From: Vicinamibacteria bacterium
GTDB taxonomy: Bacteria > Acidobacteriota > Vicinamibacteria > Fen-336 > CBDFGD01
Direction of reading: 5' to 3'
DNA length: 64,000 nucleotides
NCBI GenBank assembly: GCA_965246965.1
Contig: CBDFGD010000002.1
Span: 1,899,968 to 1,963,967, forward strand
The number at the start of each line of letters is the position of its first letter. Within the stretch, counting starts at the first letter, position 1. The notes beneath the pieces were generated by a model, which was not told the origin of the DNA, did not search any database, and saw nothing but the letters and a program-made list of their open reading frames with translations. A program made the position numbers and the translations under genes. This document shows, in pieces, positions 32,149-42,866 of this stretch.

Positions 32149-34537
32149 ATGAAGCTCCCCGCCTACGAGAAACTCGGCGCGTTCTATCTCGGGAGACTCT
32201 TCGACGCCGACCGGGATCGAGTCACCGACGAGGAATATCTCTACGACTCGATGGACCTGACGACTCACGCCGTGTGCCTGGGGATGACCGGCAGCGGCAA
32301 GACCGGGCTCTGCGTGACGCTGCTGGAAGAGGCTGCCATCGACGGCGTGCCGGCGATCGTGCTCGACCCGAAGGGCGATCTCGGCAACCTGTTGCTCACG
32401 TTTCCGAAACTCGAAGCCGCCGATTTTCGCCCCTGGGTCGATCCGGCGGTCGCGGCACGCGAGGGCGAGTCTGTCGACGAGCACGCCGCGTCGACCGCCG
32501 CACGCTGGCGCAAGGGACTCACCGATTGGGACCAGGACGGGGCGCGGATCGAGCGGCTGCGAAACGCCGCCGAGTGTGCCATCTACACGCCGGGCAGCTC
32601 GGCCGGGCTGGGCCTCGCAGTCCTTTCTTCATTCGCCGCGCCCCCGCCAGGCCAGCGCGAGGATTCGGACGAGCTGCGGGAGCGCGTGAGCGCGGCGGCC
32701 TCGAGCCTGCTGGCGCTGCTCGGCATCGGGGCCGACCCGATTCAGGCTCGCGAGCACATCCTGCTCTCCAACATCTTCAAACATCGTTGGCAAGCGGGTG
32801 AGGACCTGGACCTCGAGACCCTGATCAGAGGGGTCCAGTCCCCTCCCTTCGAGAAGGTGGGCTTCCTCGATCTCGAGGCCTTCTTCCCGGCCAAGGATCG
32901 CTTCCAGCTCGCGATGGCGCTGAACAGCCTCGTGGCCTCGCCCGGATTCGCCGCCTGGTTCGAGGGTGAGCCACTCGAGATCGAGCGACTGCTCTGGACC
33001 CGGGACGGGCGACCGCGGATCGCCATTCTGTCGATCGCCCATCTGAGCGATGTCGAGCGCATGTTTTTCGTGACGCTGCTGCTGAACGAGATGGTGACCT
33101 GGATGCGCGCTCAGCCCGGGACCGGGAGTCTCAGAGCGCTGCTTTATATGGACGAGGTGTTCGGCTACTTGCCGCCGACGGCGAATCCGCCATCCAAAAC
33201 CCCTCTGCTGACGTTGCTCAAGCAGGCCCGCGCCTGTGGCATCGGCGTCGTTCTCGCCACGCAGAACCCGGTCGACCTCGACTACAAGAGCCTCTCCAAC
33301 TCGGGGACCTGGTTGATCGGACGACTCCAGACCGAGCGCGACCAGGCGCGTGTCCTCGACGGTCTCGCGGGATCGGGGCTGGCCCTCGACCGTTCGCAAG
33401 TCGAGGGCATGCTCGCCCGTCTGAAGAAGCGCGTGTTCCTGGTCAACAACGTGCACGACGAGGAACCGACGCTGATCCACAGCCGCTGGGCGATGTCCTA
33501 CCTGCGGGGGCCGCTGACGCGCTCCCAAATCGAGACATTGATGCGGGGCCGCGGCGACGAAGACCGAACGCCGGCGCCGACAACCGACTCGATCTGACTC
33601 GAGCGCGCTCCGACGGACACCGGGGCCGAGCGTCCCGTTCTCCCGGCCGCTCGGTGAAGACGAGCGGCTCGTCTACCGTCCCGCGCTTCTCGCGACGGCG
33701 CGTGTCCACTTCGTGCGCCGCCGGCCCGAGATCGACGCGTGGGTCGAGACCAAGCTGCTGTCCGGACTCGACCCCGACTCTGTCGATGAAGCCTGGGAGG
33801 GGGCCGAGCGACTGAAGGCCGAGCCGGAGCTGCGCGGCGAAGGCGAGCAGGGCGCGGCCTTCGCCGAGCTCCCTGCTGCGGCGGCCCGATCGAAGAGCTA
33901 CGCTGGCTGGACCCGCGAGCTGAAGTCCTTCCTCCACCGGACGGAAAGGCTGCCGATTCTGACTTGCTCCGACCCGAAGGCGAGCTCCGATCCCGGCGAG
34001 GACCGGGCGGACTTCGAGCGTCGCCTTCGCCAGCTGGCTCGCGAAGCGCGCGACGTGAAGCTGGCCAGGCTGGAAAAGAGCTACGCGCCGAAACTGGATC
34101 GCATCCGCGACAAGATCCGACGCGCGGAGGAGCGCGTGGTACGCGAGACGGACCAGTACGAACACCAGAAACGCCAGAGCACGATATCGGTGGGCGCCAC
34201 GATGCTGGGCGCGTTGCTCGGCAGGAAAAAGCTGAGCCTCGGCACGGTCGGGCGCGCCACGACCGCGGTTCGTGGCATCGCGCGAATCGACCGCGAGGAG
34301 GGCGACATCGCCCGGGCCGAGATCGTTCTCGAGGAAGAGCAGGCCAAGCTCGCCGAGCTGGAGGAGGAGTTTCAAGGCGAGCTCGACAAGATTCGCGACT
34401 CGAACGTCGCGGGTGCCTTCGTTCTGGACGAGCTTTCGGTGAAGCCGCGTAAGGCGGACATCGGCGTGAGCAACCTCTGCCTCGCCTGGGCGCCCTGGAG
34501 AGTCGACCCTCAGGGAATCGCCGAGCCCGCCTTCTAG
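32149..34537 (+). CDS. HerA/DUF853-like P-loop ATPase with long C-terminal coiled-coil extension (frameshift near 33590-33600) or two genes
   Basis: ATG 32149; GMTGSGKTG Walker [17 protein letters not shown]; frame-2 coding continues without start codon from 33542 into ORF 33713..34537 (charged coiled-coil). Confidence 0.55.
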
Positions 34538-34890
34538 TCCCTCAGGCGCAGCGCGTCCCACACGGACGCGAGCCAGAGCGCTGCGAGCACTGCGAACCAG
34601 CCCCACAGCGATACGACGACCCGTCCCTGAATCTCGTGAGCGAGCTGGAAGATCTCAGCAACACCCAGCAGGCTCGGATCTGGAGGCAGGCTCCTGAGGA
34701 CCTCGCTGAACAAACGGCGAAGCAGGGCAAGCAGGGCCACTCCGGAGCCGATCGCAAAGGCCAGCCCGCGAGCTCGCCGGCCGTAGGCGAGCTGCCCCGC
34801 ACCCGGGAAGACGAGCCCCGAGAGCAGCGCGGCCCGCAGACGCGGATCGCGCGTCCACGGGCTGGCTTTGGCTGGCTCTTCAATGTTCAT
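34534..34890 (-). CDS. Small membrane protein, hypothetical
   Basis: Start MNIEEPAKASPW within ORF 34534..34932; two TM segments. Confidence 0.4.
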   Translation of the reverse strand: MNIEEPAKASPWTRDPRLRAALLSGLVFPGAGQLAYGRRARGLAFAIGSGVALLALLRRLFSEVLRSLPPDPSLLGVAEIFQLAHEIQGRVVVSLWGWFAVLAALWLASVWDALRLRD

Positions 34891-34979
34891 CTGGACCGCT
34901 GGACAACTTCCACCGCCTGGACGAAGATGCACGCTACCTCAGCGCCCTCAGGACCCCCAAAAGACGACTCGAGGCGGAG

Positions 34980-37900
34980 ATGGCCGACCCGACCCCCAAC
35001 CTGCTGGCGGCCGAGAACCTGGCCGTCGCCGAACAGATCTACGAGTCGTACGCCCGCGACCCGACGTCGGTCGCGCCCGAGTGGCGAAGCTATTTCGATG
35101 CGCTGGCCGACGATGGGCCGTCGAGTGCTGTGGCGGGCGCCCGGGACCCGAGGCCCGCCGCAAGCGCCCCGCCGCCGGTGCCGCCGCCAGTGCCGCCGGC
35201 GGCCACAGCGCTGCCCAACCGGGTCGGCACGGAAGCCCCTCCAGAGTTTCTCTCTCGAATCGCCCTGTTCCGTGACCTGGGCCCCGGGGATCAGGCGCTT
35301 CTGGCCGGGATCATTCGCGAGGTCCGCCTCGCCCCGGGCGACGTGCTGTTCCGCGCGGGGGATCCGGGCGACGCGCTCTTCGCTGTGATCTCTGGGTCGC
35401 TGCGCGTCGAGCGCGAGGGGCGGGTGCTGGCGACGCTCGGAGAGGGCCAGGTCACAGGCGAGATGGCGGTGATCGACAAGAAGCCGCGCTCCGCGGACGT
35501 CATCGCCCACACCGAAACGGTGCTGCTCGAGCTGCCGGCGGCGGATTTCGACAACCTCCTCGATAACCACGGCAAGGTCGCACGCGGAATGCTGCTGGTC
35601 ATGGCGGAGCGACTTCGCCTCTCGAACGCGCAGCAGGAAAAGGTGGATGCGTTGGTACGAGCGTATCGCACGCGCGGCCATCGAATCGCTCGGCTCGATC
35701 CGCTCGGCCGCGGCGCTACGAGCCATCGCGGGCTCGAGCTCGACTATCACGGTTTGATCTCCGCAGACCTGGACCTGCCGTTTTCGATCTCATCCGGCAA
35801 CGGCAGCCAAACGATTCCGTTGCGCGACATCATCGAGCGCCTTCGCAATACCTATTGCCGGTCGATCGGCGTCCAGTACATGCACATCGACAGCCAACGC
35901 GTTCGAGACTGGCTGCAGGCGCGTATGGAGTCCAGCCAGAATCACCTCCAGCTCGAGCGTGACGAGCAGCTGCGGATCTTCACCAAGCTGACGGACGCCG
36001 AGTTCTTCGAGACTTTCGTCCACAAGAAGTTCCTCGGCGCCAAGCGCTTCTCGCTCGAGGGTGCCGAGAGCGTGATTCCGTTGCTCGACCTCGCGATCGA
36101 GTCGGCCGCCGGGCACGGCGTCGCGGACATGGTGATCGGCATGGCGCACCGCGGCCGCCTCAACGTTCTCGCCAACGTCATGGGCAAGAGCCCGCGCCGC
36201 ATCTTCGAGGAGTTCAAGGACGCGGACGCCGAGCGGCACTTCGGCGGCGGCGGCGACGTCAAGTACCACCTCGGCTACAGCGCCGACCGCGAGTGTGCGA
36301 ACGGGCGCGGCATCCACCTGTCACTCTGCTTCAACCCGAGCCACCTCGAGTTCGTCGGACCGGTCGTGCTCGGTCGGGTGCGCGCCAAGCAGCACGAGCG
36401 GGGCGACGAGGAACGCCGCCAGGTGCTGGCACTGATCATTCATGGCGACGCGGCGTTCGCGGGCCAGGGTGTCGTGCAGGAGATGCTCAACATGAGCGAT
36501 CTGCCCGGCTACGACACCGGCGGGACCGTTCACGTGATCATCAACAACCAGGTCGGGTTCACGACACCACCCGAGCAGTCGCGCTCCAGCCAGTACGCGA
36601 CCGACATCGCCCGCACCCTCGACACGCCGATATTCCACGTCAACGGCGAGGATCCGGAGGGCGTCGCGCAGGCGATCGCGCTCGCGATGGACTTTCGCGC
36701 GGAGTTCAAGCGCGACATCGTCCTCGACATGTACTGCTACCGCCGTCACGGGCACAACGAGGGCGACGAGCCGACCTTCACTCAGCCGGTCATGTACCGC
36801 TGGATCAAGCAGCAGCCACCCGTTCGCAACGGCTATCTCGAGAACCTCCTCAAGCTCGGCGAGGTCAGTCGCGAAGATGCCGAGGCGATCGCCCGGGCGA
36901 GCCAGGAGCGGCTGGAGAAGGCGCTCGAACAGGTCGGCAGCGGCGGCGAAGAGGAGGAGCTGGAGGTCTCGCGCTCCATCTGGCAGGGCTACGTAGGGGG
37001 TGAGGACGCAGCAGTCGCCGACACGGAGACCGGCGTGGAAGCCTCCAAGCTCAGCCGCCTGCTCGAGCGGCTGACGCGCGTGCCCGAAGAGTTCCACGTC
37101 CACCCGAAGAGCGCGCGCATGCTCGACCAGCGGCGCGAGATGGCCGCCGGCAAGCGACCCCTCGACTGGAGCGCGGGCGAGGCACTCGCCTTCGCCAGCC
37201 TGTTGGCGGAGGGAGCCCACGTCCGCCTGAGCGGCCAGGACAGCGGGCGCGGCACCTTCAGCCACCGCCACGCCGAGCTGCACGACAATGAGGACGGTCA
37301 CGTCTACACGCCCTTGCAGCACGTCGAAGCTGGCCAGGCCCCCTTCTCCGTATACAACAGCCCGCTCTCCGAGATCGCCGTGCTGGGCTTCGACTGGGGC
37401 TACAGCCTGGATACACCTGGCGCCCTGGTCATCTGGGAGGCTCAGTTCGGCGATTTCGCCAACGTCGCCCAGGTGATCGTGGACCAGTTCATCTCGAGCG
37501 CCGAGCAGAAGTGGAGCCGGCTCAGCGGCCTCGTCCTGCTGCTGCCCCACGGCTTCGAGGGGCAGGGCCCCGAGCACTCGAGCGCGCGCCTGGAACGCTT
37601 CCTCGGGATGGCCTCGCAAGACAACATCCAGGTGATCACGCCCACGACGCCTGCGCAGATCTTCCACGCGCTGCGTCGCCAGATCCGGAGACCGCTGCGC
37701 AAGCCGCTCGTCGTGATGGCACCGAAGAGCATGTTGCGTCACCCGCTGGCAACCTCCCGGCTCGAGGAGCTGGCCAGCGGACGTTTCCAGCGCGTGATCG
37801 ACGATCCGGCCGCGCCGCCGCCGGCGGCCACCCGGAGCATCGTGATGTGCGGGGGCAAGCTCTACTACGACCTGGCGCAGGCGAGAGAGCGGCTGGGTGT

Positions 37901-38195
37901 GAGCGACGTCGCGCTGATCCGCATCGAGCAGCTGTACCCCTTCCCGAGCCAGCGGATCACCGAGCTGCTGGAGCCCTACCCGACGTCGACAGAGGTGATC
38001 TGGACCCAGGAGGAGCCGATCAACATGGGGGCGTGGGCCTTCATTCGGCTCGCCGTCCCACCGGCGATCTGGGGGGGCCGCGACATCGGCTGCGTGGCGC
38101 GCTCCGACGCGGCGAGCCCGGCATCGGGCTCCTCCGCGAGCCACAAACGCGAGCAGCAGCTTCTCGTAGAGCAGGCGCTCAAGCCCGGCAACTGA
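34980..38195 (+). CDS. sucA: 2-oxoglutarate dehydrogenase E1 component with inserted cyclic-nucleotide-binding domain (~aa 88-215)
   Basis: Colinear with E. coli SucA from YRTRGHRIARLDPLG to C-terminus (MAHRGRLNVLANV, GDAAFAGQGVV, HGHNEGDEP, LLPHGFEGQGPEHSSARLERFL); inserted segment has cNMP phosphate-binding cassette GEMAVIDKKPRSADVIA. Confidence 0.9.
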   Translation: MADPTPNLLAAENLAVAEQIYESYARDPTSVAPEWRSYFDALADDGPSSAVAGARDPRPAASAPPPVPPPVPPAATALPNRVGTEAPPEFLSRIALFRDLGPGDQALLAGIIREVRLAPGDVLFRAGDPGDALFAVISGSLRVEREGRVLATLGEGQVTGEMAVIDKKPRSADVIAHTETVLLELPAADFDNLLDNHGKVARGMLLVMAERLRLSNAQQEKVDALVRAYRTRGHRIARLDPLGRGATSHRGLELDYHGLISADLDLPFSISSGNGSQTIPLRDIIERLRNTYCRSIGVQYMHIDSQRVRDWLQARMESSQNHLQLERDEQLRIFTKLTDAEFFETFVHKKFLGAKRFSLEGAESVIPLLDLAIESAAGHGVADMVIGMAHRGRLNVLANVMGKSPRRIFEEFKDADAERHFGGGGDVKYHLGYSADRECANGRGIHLSLCFNPSHLEFVGPVVLGRVRAKQHERGDEERRQVLALIIHGDAAFAGQGVVQEMLNMSDLPGYDTGGTVHVIINNQVGFTTPPEQSRSSQYATDIARTLDTPIFHVNGEDPEGVAQAIALAMDFRAEFKRDIVLDMYCYRRHGHNEGDEPTFTQPVMYRWIKQQPPVRNGYLENLLKLGEVSREDAEAIARASQERLEKALEQVGSGGEEEELEVSRSIWQGYVGGEDAAVADTETGVEASKLSRLLERLTRVPEEFHVHPKSARMLDQRREMAAGKRPLDWSAGEALAFASLLAEGAHVRLSGQDSGRGTFSHRHAELHDNEDGHVYTPLQHVEAGQAPFSVYNSPLSEIAVLGFDWGYSLDTPGALVIWEAQFGDFANVAQVIVDQFISSAEQKWSRLSGLVLLLPHGFEGQGPEHSSARLERFLGMASQDNIQVITPTTPAQIFHALRRQIRRPLRKPLVVMAPKSMLRHPLATSRLEELASGRFQRVIDDPAAPPPAATRSIVMCGGKLYYDLAQARERLGVSDVALIRIEQLYPFPSQRITELLEPYPTSTEVIWTQEEPINMGAWAFIRLAVPPAIWGGRDIGCVARSDAASPASGSSASHKREQQLLVEQALKPGN
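35240..35630 (+). other. cNMP-binding (CAP effector) domain embedded in SucA
   Basis: FRDL…GDVLFRAGDPGDALFAVISGSLRV…LGEGQVTGEMAVIDKKPRSADVIAHTETVLLELPAADFDNLL. Confidence 0.75.
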
Positions 38196-38207
38196 GGAGA
38201 GCGATCG

Positions 38208-39347
38208 ATGGCTATTGGAATCAAGGTCCCGAGCGTCGGCGAGTCGATCACGGAGGTCACGGTCGCCGAGTGGCTCAAGAAGGTGGGCGACTCGGTGGCC
38301 GAGGACGAGCCCGTCGTGACGCTGGAGACCGACAAGGCCAACGTAGACGTGCCCGCTCCAGCGGCCGGTCGTCTGGCGCGGATTCTCAAAGACGTCAATG
38401 ACACGGCACAGGTGGGCGAGGCTCTCGCGGAACTCAAGCCTCTCGGTGCCGGAGCGACTCCGGAGCTACCGAAGACCGCTCCGCCGCCTGCGGCGCCAGC
38501 GTCGCCCACCGCAGTGGCGCCGACACCGCCGCCCGCTCCGGTCCAGGCCGCGCCACCGCCGCCGCCGCCGCCCGCGACCTTGCCACCGGTCGCTCAGAAG
38601 CCGAAGCAGCCGGCACGGCCGACCCCTGCGGCTCCCGCTCCCGGTTCCCGCGAGGTGCGGCGCGTCGCGATGACGCCGATCCGGCGCCGCATCGCCGAGC
38701 GCCTGGTCCAGGCGCAACAGAACGCGGCGATGCTCACCACCTTCAACGAGATCGACATGTCCGCGGTGATGGCGCTGCGCAGAGAGCACAAGGAGGGGTT
38801 CCTGCGAAAGCACGGGATCAAGCTCGGCTTCATGTCGTTCTTCATCAAGGCGGCCATCGCGGGGTTGCGTGAGGTGCCCGAGGTCAACGCAGAGATCCGC
38901 GACCGGGACATCGTCTATCGCGACTACTACGACGTCTGTGTCGCCGTCGATACCGGGCGCGGCCTCGTGGTACCCGTGATCCGCAACGCCGAGACGATGA
39001 GCTTTGCCGAGCTCGAGTACTCGATCGTCGACTTCTCGACCCGCGCGAAGGAGAACCGCCTCAAGCCCGACGAGCTGCAGGGCGGGACGTTCACGATCAG
39101 CAACGGCGGCGTGTTCGGCTCGCTGCTCTCGACTCCGATCCTCAACCCGCCGCAGAGCGGCATCCTGGGAATGCACTCCATCCAGAGCCGGGGTGTCGAC
39201 GTAGCGGGGCAGCTCGAGCTGCGCCCCATGATGTACGTGGCGATGAGCTACGACCACCGCGTCGTGGACGGCCGCGGCGCCGTCACGTGCCTGCGGCGCA
39301 TCAAGGAATGCATCGAAGAGCCGGCCCGGCTGCTGGTGGACGTCTAG
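38208..39347 (+). CDS. sucB: Dihydrolipoyllysine-residue succinyltransferase (E2)
   Basis: Lipoyl domain (VTLETDKANVDVPA), Pro/Ala linker, catalytic DHRVVDG motif. Confidence 0.9.
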   Translation: MAIGIKVPSVGESITEVTVAEWLKKVGDSVAEDEPVVTLETDKANVDVPAPAAGRLARILKDVNDTAQVGEALAELKPLGAGATPELPKTAPPPAAPASPTAVAPTPPPAPVQAAPPPPPPPATLPPVAQKPKQPARPTPAAPAPGSREVRRVAMTPIRRRIAERLVQAQQNAAMLTTFNEIDMSAVMALRREHKEGFLRKHGIKLGFMSFFIKAAIAGLREVPEVNAEIRDRDIVYRDYYDVCVAVDTGRGLVVPVIRNAETMSFAELEYSIVDFSTRAKENRLKPDELQGGTFTISNGGVFGSLLSTPILNPPQSGILGMHSIQSRGVDVAGQLELRPMMYVAMSYDHRVVDGRGAVTCLRRIKECIEEPARLLVDV

Positions 39348-40541
39348 TCTGGCTGGCGCGAGGGGCTCGGCTTCGGGCGACCGATCAGGTAGCCCTGGAG
39401 TAGATCGCAGCCCAGTTCGGCGAGCGCGTCTCGCTCGGCGGCCGTCTCGACGCCCTCGGCGACGACCTGGATCCCCAGCTCCCTGCACAATCCGGTCATC
39501 GAGGCGACGAGCCTTTGCTTTATCGGATCCGCATCGACTCCGCGCACGAGCTGCATGTCGATCTTCACGACCTCAGGATCGAGAGCCGCGAAGCTCGTGA
39601 GGCCCGCGTACCCGGCGCCCAGATCGTCGAGCGCGATGCGGTAGCCGCGCCGCCGCAGAGCCGCGATGCGCGACTCCAGATCATCGATCCCCTCGAGCGA
39701 GCTGCGCTCGGTGATCTCCAGGACGATCGATTTCGCCCACACCTCGATCGGGACGATCGACTCGCCGAGCCCTGGATCCGCCAGGTCGAGGGGGTGGAGG
39801 TTGAGGAACAGGATCACATTGCGTGCGGCCGGAGGCGAGGCGGCGACGCGTTCGCGGACCAGCCGCCCGAGACGGTCCACGGCGTCGAGTCGCTCGGCTG
39901 CGTCGAACAGAGCGGCCGGGCCGGGCAGGGCATCACCCGTGGTCCGCGTCAGCGCCTCGTAGCCGTAGAGGCTTGCCGTCCGATGCGTAAACGACCGGCT
40001 GATAGGCGATCCAGACGCTCTCGACCGCCTTCTCGAAGGCGTGCTCCAGTGAAGCTCGATCCACGATGGGAGTGTTGCCGAAGCCCAGGTAGCCGGCCGC
40101 CTCGCGCTTCCACTTCGCCAGGCGATGGACTCGGATCGCGGCCTCGACGGCGTCGCGGAGTCGCTCCGGGGAGACCGGCTTGACGAGATAGCGGAGCGCC
40201 CCCAGCTCGACGGCTTCGATGACCGTCTCTCGCGCGGGGCCACCCGTCATCAGGAGCACCGGAACGTCCTGTTCGCGCTCACGCAGCGTACGCAGCAACT
40301 CGATCCCGTTCAGGTCGGGCATCGTGATCTCGCTCACCACGACGTCCACGTCCCGATCGGCGACGAGCGCCAGAGCCGAGTGCCCGTCTTCTGCTTCGAT
40401 GACCTCGTAGCCGGCGTCCCGGAGCAGCTCGGAAACCAGGGAGCGGACGGCCTGGTCGTCGTCGACGACCAGGACTTTGCCCTTCAGGCCGATCGATCTC
40501 GAGTCGTGAGGCGGCATGTCGGCTGTTGTTTTCGAGGCCAT
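39344..40541 (-). CDS. Response regulator receiver + EAL domain protein (c-di-GMP phosphodiesterase), frameshift near 39975-39990
   Basis: ORF 39933..40541 REC domain (VLVVDDD…SEITMPDLNG…LMTG…KP) ending …YQPVVYASDG; EAL continues in ORF 39344..40243 frame (SLYGYEALTR…EITE…DDLGAGY…VAEGVET). Confidence 0.75.
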
Positions 40542-40622
40542 CGTTGACGGGGCGGGGACTGCCCGGCGCGTTCTCGGGCGTCAGGCTAACACCGTGCTAG
40601 CCTCCGCTCCATCGGAGGGGTC

Positions 40623-42046
40623 ATGCACATCGCCCGCGTCGTCGTCATCACCTTCGGAATCGCGGCCCACGCCACGGCAACGCTCGCGCAGACCGAGATG
40701 GGCGCCTTCATCGACGCCAATGCCGATGTTTTCGCGAGAGCCGCGCGGGCCATATGGGACTGGGCGGAGGTCGGGTACCAGGAAGAGCGGAGCACGCGAT
40801 TGCTCCAGGAGACGCTGGCCGAAGCCGGGTTCCGGGTCGAGCCTGGCGTCGCCGGAATGCCCACGGCGTTCGTCGCCGAGTACGGAGAGAGGGGGGCGGT
40901 GGTGGCCCTGCTCGCTGAGTTCGACGCCCTGCCCGGCATCAACCAGAGTGACGCGCCGGAACGCAGCGAGATTCCCGGCAAGACGGCGGGGCACGCCTGT
41001 GGCCATCATCTTTTCGGCGTCGGATCCATGGCGGCCGCCATGGCGGTTCGCGACTGGCTGGCCAGCGACGGAAGGCCCGGGCGTGTTCGCGTCTACGGAA
41101 CGCCCGCCGAGGAAGGGGGAGCCGGCAAGGTCTACATGGTCCGGGCCGGGATCTTCGACGACGTCGACGCGGTGCTCACCTGGCATCCGTCGAGCGTCAA
41201 CGACGCCGCCCGAGCGGCTCGCTCGCGAACAAATCGGCCAAGTTCCGCTTCAAAGGGCTCTCCGCCCACGCGGCGGCGGCGCCGGAGCGCGGCCGCTCTG
41301 CTCTCGACGGCGTCGAGGCGATGAACGTCATGGTCAACATGATGCGCGAGCACGTTCCCCAGCAGACGCGCATCCACTACGTGATCACGCGGGGCGGCTC
41401 GGCACCGAACGTCATCCCCGATTTCGCCGAGGTCTACTACTACGTCCGCCACCCGGAGCCCACGCAGGTAAAGGAACTGTTCGAGCGAGTCGTCAAAGCC
41501 GCCGAAGGTGCTGCGCTCGGGACAGGCACTTCCGTGAGCTACGAGGTGATTCACGGGATCTACAACAAGCTGCGGAACGACACCCTGGCGATGCGCATGG
41601 ACGCCAATCTCCGCAGCGTCGGCGGGGTGCACTACGATGCCGCCGAGATCGCGTTCGCCATCAAGCTACGCGCCAGCCTTCCCGCCGACGCGCCGCCGCT
41701 CGAGAGCGCCGCACAGATCCACGCCTTCGAGTACCGGCCGGGCTCGGGCTCCACGGACGTCGGAGACATCAGCTGGATGACGCCGACGACGAGCCTCGCC
41801 ACCGCCACCTGGGTCCCCGGCACCTCCTCCCACTCGTGGCAGCCGGTCGCGGCGGGAGGGACGGGCATCGGTTTGAAGGGGATGCTGGTGGCCGCGAAGA
41901 CACTCGCGCTCACGGCGCGCGACCTGCTGAGCGATCCGGATCTGCTCGCGAGGGCGCGCGCGGACTTCGAGAAACGTCGGGGTGACGACTTCGTCTACGA
42001 CCCGTTGCTGGGTGATCGAGCGCCGCCCCTCGACTACCGGCGCTGA
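40623..42046 (+). CDS. M20 family metallopeptidase/amidohydrolase (AbgB-like), signal peptide, frameshift near 41205-41225
   Basis: ORF 40623..41324 (HACGHHLFGVGSM, GTPAEEGG) joins ORF 41321..42046 frame, which extends upstream as SLANKSAKFRFKGLSAHAAAAPERGRSALDGVEAMNV. Confidence 0.7.
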
Positions 42047-42087
42047 CAAGAGACGCGCCCCCTACGCTTCAACTCGGCGCCGGCCTT

Positions 42088-42822
42088 CTAAGGAATCGTC
42101 GAGAAGGCCCGGATCTCGAGCGGTGAGTGCGGGTCGTGGCGGATTCCCACCGCTACCGCGTAGTCCGGCCCACGCTCGACGAGTGAAAACTGCCAGGCCG
42201 TGGGATCGTCGCCCCACTGCGGCGCGAACGAAATCGAAATCGGCTCGCGGTCTGGATCGGCGAACCAGAACTGGTCGAGCGGAATCGCGAGACCCAGGCC
42301 GCATGCCTTGATGTAGCTCTCCTTGAGCGTCCAGAGCTCGAAGAAGCGCTGCCGCTGGCGCGACCCGGACAGGGCCCGCAACGCCTCGACCTCCGGGGGC
42401 GCGAAGAAGCGATCGGCAATCCGGAGCGGCTCGCTGACTCGCGAGAGGTGCTCGACGTCGACACCGACGTCGCGATCCCGCGTGACGGCACACACCGCGC
42501 GTCCCTGGGTGTGAGAGAGGTTGAAGCGCAGGCCCGTGTTTAGTGGGCTTGAGATCTCGGGGCGCCCACGGACGCCAGACTCGAACTCCCAATCATGCGG
42601 CGCCACCGGAGCGTAGCGAGACAGAGTCGTGCGCACGAGCGCGTGCGAAACGAGAAAGAGATGGCGGTCCTGCGGCCTCAGGAAACGACGCTGGCGGCTC
42701 GTCTCTCGTGGCAAGAGCAGGCGCGCGTAGCCGGAGAGCAGGGCCTCACTGGTCGCCGCCCCCACGTCCACCTGCCAAAGGTGGACCGAACCGGTCTCGA
42801 GCTCGTCCGTCGCCTGAGCCAC
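42088..42822 (-). CDS. 4'-phosphopantetheinyl transferase (Sfp-type)
   Basis: FNLSHT…GVDVEHL…WTLKESYIKACGLG motifs. Confidence 0.8.
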   Translation of the reverse strand: MAQATDELETGSVHLWQVDVGAATSEALLSGYARLLLPRETSRQRRFLRPQDRHLFLVSHALVRTTLSRYAPVAPHDWEFESGVRGRPEISSPLNTGLRFNLSHTQGRAVCAVTRDRDVGVDVEHLSRVSEPLRIADRFFAPPEVEALRALSGSRQRQRFFELWTLKESYIKACGLGLAIPLDQFWFADPDREPISISFAPQWGDDPTAWQFSLVERGPDYAVAVGIRHDPHSPLEIRAFSTIP

Positions 42823-42866
42823 GTCGTCAATCTAAACGAGAGGCAGCACACCGCAGCCACACCGCG

